Origin: Candidatus Thermofontivivens primus
Lineage (GTDB): Bacteria; Sysuimicrobiota; Sysuimicrobiia; Sysuimicrobiales; Thermofontiviventaceae
Length of the DNA: 64,000 nt
Direction: 5' to 3'
Assembly (NCBI GenBank): GCA_031458695.1
Contig: JAVKJW010000011.1
Location: 1-64,000, forward strand
The notes beneath the pieces are model-generated. The model worked only from the letters and a program-made list of their open reading frames with translations. It had not been told where the DNA came from and made no database searches. Positions 48,246 to 57,480 of this stretch are shown here, piece by piece. Made by a program: the position numbers and the translations under genes. How positions within the stretch are numbered: the stretch's first letter is position 1; each line of letters starts with the position of its first letter.

Positions 48246-48971
48246 ATGTGCGAGATGGACGAGCCGCCGATCCTTCAAGTGGAAGACGTTCACACCTATT
48301 ACGGGGAGAGCTACGTTCTCCAAGGCGTCTCCCTCCGAGTGGGACGGGGTCAGGCCGTGGCTGTGCTGGGACGAAACGGAATGGGAAAGACCACCCTCAT
48401 CCGCTCTATCATCGGGTTCACCCCTCCCCGCAGGGGGCGTATTGTCTTTAAAGGAATGGAGATCACACGCTGGCCGTCGCATAAGATCGCTAGGCTCGGC
48501 ATCGGCCTCGTCCCCCAAGGCCGCCGCATCTTTCCCTCCCTGAACGTCCTGGAGAACCTTACCGTGGGAGCCCGCTCAGGAGTGGGGAATGGCCAAAGAT
48601 GGGATCTAGAACGTGTCTTCAACATTTTCCCTCGTCTGAAAGAGCGAGTAACTCATAAGGGGAACAAGCTCAGCGGCGGGGAGCAGCAGATGTTGGCCAT
48701 CGCCCGGGCCCTCATGACGAACCCAGAGTTTCTCCTCATGGATGAGCCCTCGGAGGGTCTTGCCCCTCTTCTTGTTCTGGAGCTGGGGAACACCATCGCC
48801 CAGCTCAAGCAGCAGGGGCTCTCCATTCTCCTGGTGGAACAGAACCTCCCCCTTGCCCTCAAACTCGCGGACTACGTCTATGTGCTCAGCAAGGGGCGGG
48901 TAGTGTTTGAGGGATCACCTGGAGAGCTTGCGGCTTCTGAAGAAGTAAAGCGCAACTACTTGGGGGTCTAA
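48246..48971 (+). CDS. Liv-type ABC ATPase (LivF-like)
   Basis: GRNGMGKT, LSGGEQQM, DEPSEG, VEQN. Confidence 0.94.
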   Translation: MCEMDEPPILQVEDVHTYYGESYVLQGVSLRVGRGQAVAVLGRNGMGKTTLIRSIIGFTPPRRGRIVFKGMEITRWPSHKIARLGIGLVPQGRRIFPSLNVLENLTVGARSGVGNGQRWDLERVFNIFPRLKERVTHKGNKLSGGEQQMLAIARALMTNPEFLLMDEPSEGLAPLLVLELGNTIAQLKQQGLSILLVEQNLPLALKLADYVYVLSKGRVVFEGSPGELAASEEVKRNYLGV

Positions 48972-48978
48972 GGTCGCC

Positions 48979-49161
48979 ATGATGGATCAAGATCGGGTAA
49001 GAGATCTGGCACAAAGCCTGGGCCTGGAGATACCGGAGGACGATCGAGAGGTGGTGGCGACACAGCTTTCCGCAATTCTCCAGCGCATCGCCATAGTGGA
49101 GCAACTGGTCGGGGACGAAGAACCCGCCTTTGTCCCTGGGATAGAGGAGATCTTCCGATGA
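48979..49161 (+). CDS. Small GatC/AtzG-like amidase partner
   Basis: 60 aa, VRDLAQSLGLEI..EEPAF pattern; stop overlaps the amidase start. Confidence 0.6.
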   Translation: MMDQDRVRDLAQSLGLEIPEDDREVVATQLSAILQRIAIVEQLVGDEEPAFVPGIEEIFR

Positions 49162-50561
49162 GCGATCTGTGGTGGCTCTCCCTGGCTGAAGTAGCCCTGC
49201 GCATTCGCAACAGGGAGGTCTCTCCAGTGGAAGTTGTACAGACCCTCCTCGAGCGGATTGCGCGTGTGGACAAGGGCTTAAACAGCTTCCTCAGGGTGCT
49301 GGCAGATGAAGCCCTAGTAGCTGCGCGCCAAGCAGAGGATGCTCTTTCCCGCACGGAGGAACTCGGGTTGCTCCATGGCGTCCCCATCGCGGTAAAGGAT
49401 ATGATCCACGTGCGGGGAACCCGGACGACGTGCGGATCGAAGATCATGGCAGATTTTGTGGCCCAGGAAGATGCAACCGTGGTGAAGAGACTCCGCGAGA
49501 ACGGGGCGATCATCCTGGGCAAGACAAACCTCCACGAATTTGCCTACGGCGTCACGAACATCAACCCGCATTATGGGCCCGCTCGAAATCCCTGGGATCC
49601 CGATCGGATCTCTGGAGGGAGCAGCGGCGGGTCAGCTGTTGCCGTCGCTGCTGGGCTCTGTTATGGCGCCCTAGGGACGGACACAGGAGGCTCTATCCGA
49701 ATCCCTGCTGCGCTCTGTGGGGTTGTAGGACTGAAGCCCACGTTCGGGCGGGTGAGCCGGTACGGTGTTGTGCCACTTGCCTGGTCTCTGGACCACGTCG
49801 GCCCGATCACACGAACCGTTGAGGACGCTCGTCTGATGTTCCAAGTAATTGCAGGATATGATCCCATGGATCCCACAACGAGCAAGGAACCTTTGCCTGA
49901 TCTGCGCGGTCTTCTCGATGGAGAGATCCGTGGGGTTAGGGTTGGGGTCATCCGACCGATGATGGAGGATGCGGACCCCCAGGTTAGGAGCCTCGTTCAG
50001 GATGCCCTGAAAGTTCTTACCGATGCGGGGGCAGAGGTGGAAGAGGTGGCGATTCCCTCCCTCCAGGAGATGCGAACGGCCGCTATGGCCATCGCTATGC
50101 CTGAAGCCAGCGCGTACCACCTTCGCTGGCTTTCCCAGCGTTCCCTGGACTATGGGGAGGATGTGCGCCAACGGCTCTTCGTTGGGGCGTTGCTGCCTGC
50201 GCACGCGTACCTGACTGGGTTGCGAGCAAGGCAGTGGCTGCGTAAACAGCTGCAAGAAGTTTTTGAGCGCGTCCAAGTGCTGGTCGCGCCTACAGTTTCG
50301 GCTCCGGCCTGTCCCATTGGGGCTCAGACAGTACGTGTTGGGGAGGAGGAGAGAGACCCCAGGGCGGCTTATCTCTGGTTCAATCAGGTCTTCAACATGG
50401 TTGGTCTTCCGTCGATCTCCGTCCCCTGCGGTTTTGTGAGACATCTTCCTGTGGGGATGCAGATCATCGGGCGGTGGTTCGCAGAGGGGGAGATCCTCAG
50501 CGTGGCGAGAGCGTTTGAACGAGGAGCGATCCAGATACACCGGCGGCCACCGGTCGACTGA
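49158..50561 (+). CDS. Amidase signature family enzyme (GatA/AtzE-like)
   Basis: GVPIAVKD, GKTNLHEF, GGSSGGS, GTDTGGSIR (Ser-cisSer-Lys). Confidence 0.93.
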   Translation: MSDLWWLSLAEVALRIRNREVSPVEVVQTLLERIARVDKGLNSFLRVLADEALVAARQAEDALSRTEELGLLHGVPIAVKDMIHVRGTRTTCGSKIMADFVAQEDATVVKRLRENGAIILGKTNLHEFAYGVTNINPHYGPARNPWDPDRISGGSSGGSAVAVAAGLCYGALGTDTGGSIRIPAALCGVVGLKPTFGRVSRYGVVPLAWSLDHVGPITRTVEDARLMFQVIAGYDPMDPTTSKEPLPDLRGLLDGEIRGVRVGVIRPMMEDADPQVRSLVQDALKVLTDAGAEVEEVAIPSLQEMRTAAMAIAMPEASAYHLRWLSQRSLDYGEDVRQRLFVGALLPAHAYLTGLRARQWLRKQLQEVFERVQVLVAPTVSAPACPIGAQTVRVGEEERDPRAAYLWFNQVFNMVGLPSISVPCGFVRHLPVGMQIIGRWFAEGEILSVARAFERGAIQIHRRPPVD

Positions 50562-50615
50562 GGCTGGTTCCGCATTTACCTGAGGAGGTATGCTGGACAA
50601 AAAGGAGGGGGGAAG

Positions 50616-51857
50616 ATGAAGAAGGTGGTGTGGTATGGTCTTGCTCTTTTGATCGTGATCGTCCTCACTGCGGGTTGGAATGGGGACGCGTTGTCGCAAG
50701 CCAGGGGACCAATCCGGATCGGGTTCATCGCCCCGACCACCGGTACGTTCGCTGCGAACGGCAGGGATATGCTCAACGGCTTTCTCCTGTTTTGGGAGGA
50801 GAAGGGGTTTACCGTCGCAGGGCGTAAGGTGGAGATCATCCATGAAGATGACGCCGGAGTTCCGGCCAACACGCTGACGAAGGCACGCAAGCTCGTAGAA
50901 CAGGACAAGGTCCACATGCTCGTTGGACCTCTCACGGCCAGTTCGGGGTATGCCCTCCGGGACTACGTTCATGATGGAAAAGTGGCGACAATTTACCCCA
51001 TTGTCTCCGCGGACGATATCACCCAGCGCAGGAGAACCCCTTATATCGTTCGAGTGGGCTGGACAAGCAGCCAGCCGGCGCACCCCTTTGGGGAGTGGGT
51101 GGCCAAGAACCTCGGCTACAAACGGATCGCCACCATCGCCTATGACTTCGCTTTCGGGCACGAATGGGTCGGAGGATTCCAGCGTACCTTTGAGGAGAAC
51201 GGAGGTCGGATTGTGCAGAAGCTCTGGCCTCCCATCGGGGCCCCGGACTACGCTCCTTACCTTGCTCAATTGCGGAAGGATGTTGACGCTGTGTTCGCCG
51301 TCTTCTCGGGAGGGGATGCCTTGCGGTTCCTTGCTCAGTACCAGGAGTTTGGGTTGAAGGGTCGGATTCCCCTGATCGGTGGAGGAACCCTCACCGATGA
51401 GCATGTCCTCCCCCAGATGGGGAACGAGGCTGTAGGGATCATTACAGCCCTCCACTACAGTGCGGTCTTGGAGACACCAGAGAATCGAACGTTCGCCTCG
51501 GCATATGCACGGAAGTATAGCAGGCCTCCTTCGTACTACTCCGAGAACTGCTACACCGCCGGGCGGTTCATCTATGAAGCTCTCGTTTCCATCCGTGGGA
51601 ACGTGGAGGATAAAGAGAGGTTCCTCGGGGCATTGCGCAAGATCCGCATCCCTGATGCTCCGCGCGGTCCGGTCTATCTTGATGAGTACCAAAATCCTGT
51701 CCAGAACATTTACATTCGCCGTGTCGATCGCAGGGGAATCCTTCGGAATACGGTAATCTTCACCTACCCGAAGGTCTCCCAGTTCTGGAAGTACAACCCG
51801 GAGGAGTACCTGAAACAGCCGGTCTACTCGCGCGACTATCCACCCATCAGGCCTTGA
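50616..51857 (+). CDS. Liv-type ABC substrate-binding protein
   Basis: Signal peptide, IRIGFIAP, EDDAG, DFAFG, PRGP. Confidence 0.92.
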   Translation: MKKVVWYGLALLIVIVLTAGWNGDALSQARGPIRIGFIAPTTGTFAANGRDMLNGFLLFWEEKGFTVAGRKVEIIHEDDAGVPANTLTKARKLVEQDKVHMLVGPLTASSGYALRDYVHDGKVATIYPIVSADDITQRRRTPYIVRVGWTSSQPAHPFGEWVAKNLGYKRIATIAYDFAFGHEWVGGFQRTFEENGGRIVQKLWPPIGAPDYAPYLAQLRKDVDAVFAVFSGGDALRFLAQYQEFGLKGRIPLIGGGTLTDEHVLPQMGNEAVGIITALHYSAVLETPENRTFASAYARKYSRPPSYYSENCYTAGRFIYEALVSIRGNVEDKERFLGALRKIRIPDAPRGPVYLDEYQNPVQNIYIRRVDRRGILRNTVIFTYPKVSQFWKYNPEEYLKQPVYSRDYPPIRP

Positions 51858-51881
51858 CGGCATGCGATGTCAACGGGCTAA

Positions 51882-51919
51882 CTCCAGCAAAATGCTTGTC
51901 GAGATGTTGCCGGGGTACT
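51882..51919. repeat. REP-like hairpin (family copy 3)
   Basis: CTCCAGCAAAATGCTTGTCGAGATGTTGCCGGGGTACT. Confidence 0.55.
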
Positions 51920-52021
51920 GCATAGGGATGCGATGGAATCGCCTCTGGCGCTCCCTCGTGTGGTGTTCGTTGCCCAACCCGATTCCAAGATGTTGGCGGG
52001 GGAGAGCGAGGAGGTGAGGAG

Positions 52022-53746
52022 ATGGAGAGTGTGGTAGCCGACGGGATGCGTATCGACTATGATGTGCCTATCCCCATGGACGATGGGGTCGTCCTTCGGG
52101 CCGATGTGTTCCGACCCATCCCAGAAGGCAAGTACCCGGTGATCCTGAGCTATGGTCCTTACGGGAAGGGCCTCCCATTCCAGATGGGTTATCCGGACCA
52201 ATGGAGAAAGCTTGTCCAGGACTTCCCAGAAGTCGCCCGTGGGTCCTCGTGCAAATACCAGAACTGGGAGGTCGTCGACCCGGAGAAGTGGGTGCCCAAT
52301 GGCTATGTTTGCGTCCGAGTCGATTCGCGCGGCGCTGGACGTTCACCAGGTGTGCTGGACATCTTCTCTCCCAGGGAGTCCAAGGACCTGTACCAGTGCA
52401 TCGAGTGGGCGGCCGCCCAACCCTGGAGCAACGGGAAGGTTGGGCTCAACGGCATCTCCTACTATGCGATCAACCAATGGCTCGTCGCCGGCCTCCAGCC
52501 TCCGCATCTTGCAGCCATGTGCGCCTGGGAAGGAGCAGCGGACTTCTACCGCGACTGGCATCGTCACGGGGGAATCCTCTGCACTTTCACCTTCCCCTGG
52601 TTCAGGGCCCAGGTGGAGACCGTCCAGCACGGCGTCGGTGCCCGTGGACTCCTGAGCCCTCTCACTGGTGAGCTTGTGGCTGGTCCGGAGACGTTCCCTG
52701 GAGATGTGCTCGCCAAGAATCGCGTGGATCCTGGGCAACAGGCACTCCTCCGCGAGCTCGATGACGCGTGGTACCGGGAGCGTTCGGCGGACTGGTCGAA
52801 GGTGAAGGTTCCCTTCCTCTCGGCGGGGAACTGGGGAGGTCATGGCCTGCACCTCCGTGGGAACGTGGAGGCGTTCGTGCGGGCGGCGTCGACCCAGAAA
52901 TGGCTGGAGATCCACGGCCTCGAGCACTGGACCCACTTCTACACCGACTATGGTCTTGGTCTCCAGAAGCGCTTCTTCGACCACTTCCTCAAGGGGATCG
53001 ACAACGGGTGGGAGAAGGAGCCCCCGGTCCTGCTGAACGTACGGCACATTGACAGGTTCGTCCTGCGCAAGGAGCGGGAGTGGCCCCTCGCCAGAACCCG
53101 CTGGACAAAGCTCTACCTGAACCCAGCGGAACGTACCCTGAGCTGGGAGCCTGTACCTGGGGAGAGTACCGTCACATACGAGGCACTGAAGAACGGGGTC
53201 ACCTTCAGGACTCCCCCGTTTCGGGAGGAGACGGAGATCACCGGGCCGGTAGCGGCTAAGCTATTCATCTCCTCGACAACCATCGACGCGGACCTCTTCC
53301 TGATCCTTCAGCTCTTCGACCCCAACGGGGAGGAGGTCACCTTTCAAGGTGCTCTGGAGCCGCGTGCCCCCATTGCCCAGGGATGGCTTCGCGCATCCCA
53401 TCGCAAGCTTGACCGAGAGCTCACCAGGGAGTACCGCCCCTACCACACCCATGATGAGATCCAACCCCTCACGCCGGGGGAGATCTACGAGGTCGATGTG
53501 GAGATCTGGCCCACCTCCATCGTGGTCCCGCCAGGGTATTCCCTGGCCTTGACCGTGCAGGGGAAGGACTTCGAGCGCGAAGCTCCTAGCGGTGTGCTGG
53601 GTTTCTGGGGCGCATTCCGGGGTTCAGGACCGTTCCTCCACAACCATCCCTGGGACAGGCGTCCGGAGGTCTACGGCGGGAAGGTCACGGTGTACGGTGG
53701 GGGAGAGCGGAGTTCTTACCTGCTGCTCCCGATTATCCCGGGTTAG
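52022..53746 (+). CDS. CocE/NonD family serine hydrolase
   Basis: PMDDGVVLRADVFRP, PYGK, VDSRG.G.S, GISYYA nucleophile, GWLRASHR. Confidence 0.92.
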   Translation: MESVVADGMRIDYDVPIPMDDGVVLRADVFRPIPEGKYPVILSYGPYGKGLPFQMGYPDQWRKLVQDFPEVARGSSCKYQNWEVVDPEKWVPNGYVCVRVDSRGAGRSPGVLDIFSPRESKDLYQCIEWAAAQPWSNGKVGLNGISYYAINQWLVAGLQPPHLAAMCAWEGAADFYRDWHRHGGILCTFTFPWFRAQVETVQHGVGARGLLSPLTGELVAGPETFPGDVLAKNRVDPGQQALLRELDDAWYRERSADWSKVKVPFLSAGNWGGHGLHLRGNVEAFVRAASTQKWLEIHGLEHWTHFYTDYGLGLQKRFFDHFLKGIDNGWEKEPPVLLNVRHIDRFVLRKEREWPLARTRWTKLYLNPAERTLSWEPVPGESTVTYEALKNGVTFRTPPFREETEITGPVAAKLFISSTTIDADLFLILQLFDPNGEEVTFQGALEPRAPIAQGWLRASHRKLDRELTREYRPYHTHDEIQPLTPGEIYEVDVEIWPTSIVVPPGYSLALTVQGKDFEREAPSGVLGFWGAFRGSGPFLHNHPWDRRPEVYGGKVTVYGGGERSSYLLLPIIPG

Positions 53747-53828
53747 GGGAACGGCCGTACCTCGCGCATCAGATACTATTTCGGGGCTTGTCTCCGTTGT
53801 GGGGTTGGATGAGAGAGAAGGTGAGGCC

Positions 53829-54551
53829 ATGTTCGAAACGCGTGTGGGGAGTGTGGACAGGTCAGAGATGATTCATGCGCTGAAAGCACAGCTGTCCATT
53901 AACCCGAGGGAGACGGCGGTTGTCCTCGTGGATGCCCACCGGGGGCACCTCGATCCCGAAGTAGCTACGATGCCCGTGGCTCCAGAGGATGCGAGGAGAG
54001 TCCGTGAGAACCTCGGGCGTCTCGTTCGGGAGGCCCGGGCACTGGGGATCCCGGTCATCCACGTCGTGATGACCCACCGGCGCATCCCCTATCCTGGAGC
54101 GGAGAGCATGAGCAATCCCTTCTGGAGGGCCGTGGAGGCCGCAAAGCAGTCCCTCACGCCGGGCCGCCCGAGTACGATCTCCGGGCACAACCTGGAAGGC
54201 TCCGTCCAAACAGAGATCATCCCTGAGGTAGGTCCAGAGCCATCGGACTATGTCATCCGGAGCAAAAAACGCCTCTCCGCCTTCTACGGTACCGATCTCG
54301 AGTTCCTCCTGCGGACCCTGAAGGTCTCCACTGTGGTCCTTGGGGGGATCAACACCAACACGTGCGTCCTCTGCACGGCGTTCGATGCCTTCAACCGGGA
54401 CTTCCAGGTGATCGTTATCAGCGACTGTGTCGCCAGCATGTACGGCGAGGATCTGCACGTCTTCGGGTTGCAGAACGTCAGCCGATGCCTCGGGTGGGTG
54501 CTTGGGTTAGACGAGTTCTTAGATCTCCTCATGGCCAGGCAGGCGGGGTGA
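53829..54551 (+). CDS. Cysteine hydrolase (isochorismatase-like)
   Basis: VLVD, KKRLSAFYGTDL, GINTNTCV (Asp-Lys-Cys triad). Confidence 0.9.
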   Translation: MFETRVGSVDRSEMIHALKAQLSINPRETAVVLVDAHRGHLDPEVATMPVAPEDARRVRENLGRLVREARALGIPVIHVVMTHRRIPYPGAESMSNPFWRAVEAAKQSLTPGRPSTISGHNLEGSVQTEIIPEVGPEPSDYVIRSKKRLSAFYGTDLEFLLRTLKVSTVVLGGINTNTCVLCTAFDAFNRDFQVIVISDCVASMYGEDLHVFGLQNVSRCLGWVLGLDEFLDLLMARQAG

Positions 54552-54570
54552 GGAAGATACCGAGGGCACG

Positions 54571-55377
54571 ATGCCTTTGCTGCGGCGGGCCGAGAGGTTG
54601 AACCCCATGGACAGCGAGATCGAGAAAAGGATCAAAGAGGCAGGGGAGCGGGCAGAGGGTTTCCGTCAACAGGGGTTCCACTGCTCTGAGGCGGTCCTGA
54701 GAGGCGTGGCCGCTGCACTGGAGATCCCTCTTGACCAGTCTCTCCTGCGGGCCTCGACGGGGTTGCGCGGAGGTGGGGGTGGATATGGCGATCGCTGCGG
54801 TGCCCTGGAAGCAGGGGCGATGCTCATTGGCTTCCTCTTCGGCCGGGTGGTGCCAGAGGAGGACAACTCCTGCGCGAGCCGCTTGGTTTGGTACCTCCAT
54901 GATCGATTCCAGAGGGAATTGGGGAGTACTCTCTGCCGCTTCCTGAAGCCCATGGCGCACCTTCACTGGAGTCAGGACTTCTCCTGTGGACCGGTTTACC
55001 GGAAGGGGGCGGAGCTCGCGGCAGAAATCATCCTTTCTGCCCATGCGCTTTTTGAGACCTGCCCGCCAGTTGAGGTCGCACGTTCCGGGGAGGGGCGGAC
55101 CAAGATCGATGCCGCAGCCTTGGCGGAAATGAAAAACCGTATTGCCACCATTGCCCGTGAGGGGCGCCTGGACCTCACCGAGGTCGCGCGGGCCTCCCAG
55201 GCCCGCCTCGGCGTGGAGGATGAGGACATCCGGGTTTGCCTCTCCACGCCGCGGTTCGTGCACCCTGCATGGGGCAACAGGTACGTCGTAGAAGGTCGAA
55301 AACGGGATCGGTGGTACCTAACGGTAGTCCTCCGGATTCGTCCGGAGGGAACCTTGGAGGTTCTCGATCTTTTCTGA
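54571..55377 (+). CDS. C-GCAxxG-C-C redox-type protein with an extra C-terminal domain
   Basis: FHCSEAV, GGG..DRCGALEAG, STLC, FSC; about 95-aa extension; start 54571 or 54607. Confidence 0.8.
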   Translation: MPLLRRAERLNPMDSEIEKRIKEAGERAEGFRQQGFHCSEAVLRGVAAALEIPLDQSLLRASTGLRGGGGGYGDRCGALEAGAMLIGFLFGRVVPEEDNSCASRLVWYLHDRFQRELGSTLCRFLKPMAHLHWSQDFSCGPVYRKGAELAAEIILSAHALFETCPPVEVARSGEGRTKIDAAALAEMKNRIATIAREGRLDLTEVARASQARLGVEDEDIRVCLSTPRFVHPAWGNRYVVEGRKRDRWYLTVVLRIRPEGTLEVLDLF

Positions 55378-55426
55378 GTACTCCCCTCGCAGGCAATTGG
55401 CTTGTGAGGGGGAAAGGAGGAGGGGC

Positions 55427-56401
55427 ATGGTGCGGGTATTCGTGACCCAGCCCATTCCGGAGGCGGCCCTTGAACGCCTACGGGCCAACGCCGAGGTCAA
55501 GGTGCACGGGGACGCCAGCAGGATCCTTCCGAAAGAGCGCCTCATGGAAGAGGTCGCCTCCTGTGAGATCCTTTACTGCCTTCTTCATGATCGTGTGGAC
55601 CGGGAGGTTATCGAGGCGGGGAGGAATCTGAAACTCATCGCCACCTCTGCCGTGGTCCCCGCAAACGTGGACGTCGCTGCGGCTACGGAACGACGGATCC
55701 TAGTCACCGTCATCCCCAATATCGTGGTGGAGGCGACCGCGGACCTCCAGTGGGGTCTCCTCATCGCCGTGGCGCGGAGGATCGTGGAGGCCGACAAAGC
55801 GGTCAGGGCCGGTCTCTTCCCAGGGTCTCAGTCCATGTACTTCGTGGGGGGTGAGGTGAACGGCAAGACCCTAGGAACCATTGGCCTGGGTGCGATTGGA
55901 AGAGCGATCGTACAGCGCGCGAAAGGATTCCGCATGCGCATCCTGTACACGAAGCGCAACCGTCTCTCTCCAGAGGAGGAGACAGAGCTAGGGGTGGAGT
56001 ATCGCACCCTCGATGATCTCCTGCGGGAGAGTGACTTTGTGGTCATCAACGCGAGCTATCATCCTGGGACATATCACCTTGTGGGCGCCCGGGAGCTAGG
56101 TCTCATGAAGCCCACGGCCTACCTGATCAACACGGCTCGGGGACCTATCGTGGATGAGGCCGCCCTGGTAGAAGCCTTGAAATCGCGGCGCATCGCCGGT
56201 GCTGCCCTCGATGTCTACGAACAGGAGCCCAAAGTACACCCAGATCTGCTCACCCTGGACAACGTGGTCCTCACACCGCACATTGGCAGCGCCGCGCGGG
56301 AGACGCGGGAACGCATCGCATCCATTGTGGTGGAGAATATCCTTGCTTTTCTTCGGGGGGAGCGCCCGCCGAACCTCTACAACCCAGAGGTTCTCGCCTG
56401 A
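55427..56401 (+). CDS. D-glycerate/glyoxylate reductase-like 2-hydroxyacid dehydrogenase
   Basis: GLGAIG, INTARG, LDVYEQEP, TPHIGS. Confidence 0.9.
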   Translation: MVRVFVTQPIPEAALERLRANAEVKVHGDASRILPKERLMEEVASCEILYCLLHDRVDREVIEAGRNLKLIATSAVVPANVDVAAATERRILVTVIPNIVVEATADLQWGLLIAVARRIVEADKAVRAGLFPGSQSMYFVGGEVNGKTLGTIGLGAIGRAIVQRAKGFRMRILYTKRNRLSPEEETELGVEYRTLDDLLRESDFVVINASYHPGTYHLVGARELGLMKPTAYLINTARGPIVDEAALVEALKSRRIAGAALDVYEQEPKVHPDLLTLDNVVLTPHIGSAARETRERIASIVVENILAFLRGERPPNLYNPEVLA

Positions 56402-56418
56402 GTCAAGGGGGTACACAC

Positions 56419-57456
56419 ATGTACGCACAGGTCCTACACGAGTGGGGCGGTGAGGTGGTCTACGAGGAGGTCTCTACACCTGTCCCTGGGGCAGGAGAAG
56501 CGCTTGTGAAGGTGGAGGCATGCGGGGTTGGCCTCACTGTGCTCAACTACATGCAAGGGAACATGGGGCGACGGCCCGAGGATCTCCCACGAATCCCAGG
56601 CCATGAGGTGGTTGGCAAGGTTGTGGAGCTTGGGGTTGGCGCGGAGGGGCTCCAAGTGGGAGACCGGGTGATGGCTTACTTCTACCTAACGTGCGGCCGC
56701 TGTGACTTCTGCCGCCTCGCTCACGAGCCTCTCTGCAGGAACTTCCAGGGCTATGTCGGCGTGGCGAGGGATGGGGGATATGCGGAATACATGACGCTTC
56801 CAGCCGCCAACCTCCTCCCTGTGCCAGACGGGGTTCCCCCTGTGGAGGCTACGGCAATCCCCGATGCCATTGCCACTCCCTTCCATGTAAGCCATCGCGC
56901 AGGGATCGGCCCCGGGGACCTCGTCGTGGTCGTGGGGGCGGGTGGAGGAGTGGGAATCCACATGGTGCAGATGGCCAGGGTCTTCGGCGCGGAGGTGATC
57001 GCCATCGACCTGGGGGAGGAGAAGCTCAGGGCCACGCGGGAGGTAGGGGCGGTCGCAGCGTTTGACTTCAGCTCTCCCGATCTCTTGGACGCCGTCCACT
57101 CCATCGCTCCTTTGGGTGTTTCCGTTGCCATCGATCTTGTGGGCAAACCGGAGACTCTCTCCTTTTGCCAGGAGATCCTAGGCCGTCGTGGTCGGATGGT
57201 GTTCCTTACGACCTTCCCAGGGATTACCACAGAAGTGAGCCCACGGCGTATGGTCCTGGAGGAGCTCACCCTCATAGGATCCAGGTACACCTCGCGGTGG
57301 GAGCTGCTGAAAGCTGCCCAGCTGGTGGCGGAGGGACGGATCAAACCCATAGTTTCGTCGGTGGTCCCGCTCGCGCGCGTGCGGGAGCTCCACGAAAGGC
57401 TTCGCGCAGGAACGCTCCTTGGCCGCGGAGCGATCGTCTTGGAGGAGGGTACATAG
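56419..57456 (+). CDS. MDR Zn alcohol dehydrogenase-like protein, atypical catalytic site
   Basis: PGHE, structural CGRCDFC..C, GAGGGVG; ACGVGLTV in place of ACGVCxxD. Confidence 0.85.
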   Translation: MYAQVLHEWGGEVVYEEVSTPVPGAGEALVKVEACGVGLTVLNYMQGNMGRRPEDLPRIPGHEVVGKVVELGVGAEGLQVGDRVMAYFYLTCGRCDFCRLAHEPLCRNFQGYVGVARDGGYAEYMTLPAANLLPVPDGVPPVEATAIPDAIATPFHVSHRAGIGPGDLVVVVGAGGGVGIHMVQMARVFGAEVIAIDLGEEKLRATREVGAVAAFDFSSPDLLDAVHSIAPLGVSVAIDLVGKPETLSFCQEILGRRGRMVFLTTFPGITTEVSPRRMVLEELTLIGSRYTSRWELLKAAQLVAEGRIKPIVSSVVPLARVRELHERLRAGTLLGRGAIVLEEGT

Positions 57457-57480
57457 GAGGAGTTGAGGGGTGTTGGGAAG

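Noticed and set aside
49671..51863. 730-aa minus-strand ORF
   Set aside because: Antisense shadow of the amidase and SBP genes; no motifs; expected in GC-rich DNA
54571..55100. Selenocysteine in the C-GCAxxG-C-C protein
   Set aside because: All motif positions are Cys codons; no in-frame TGA
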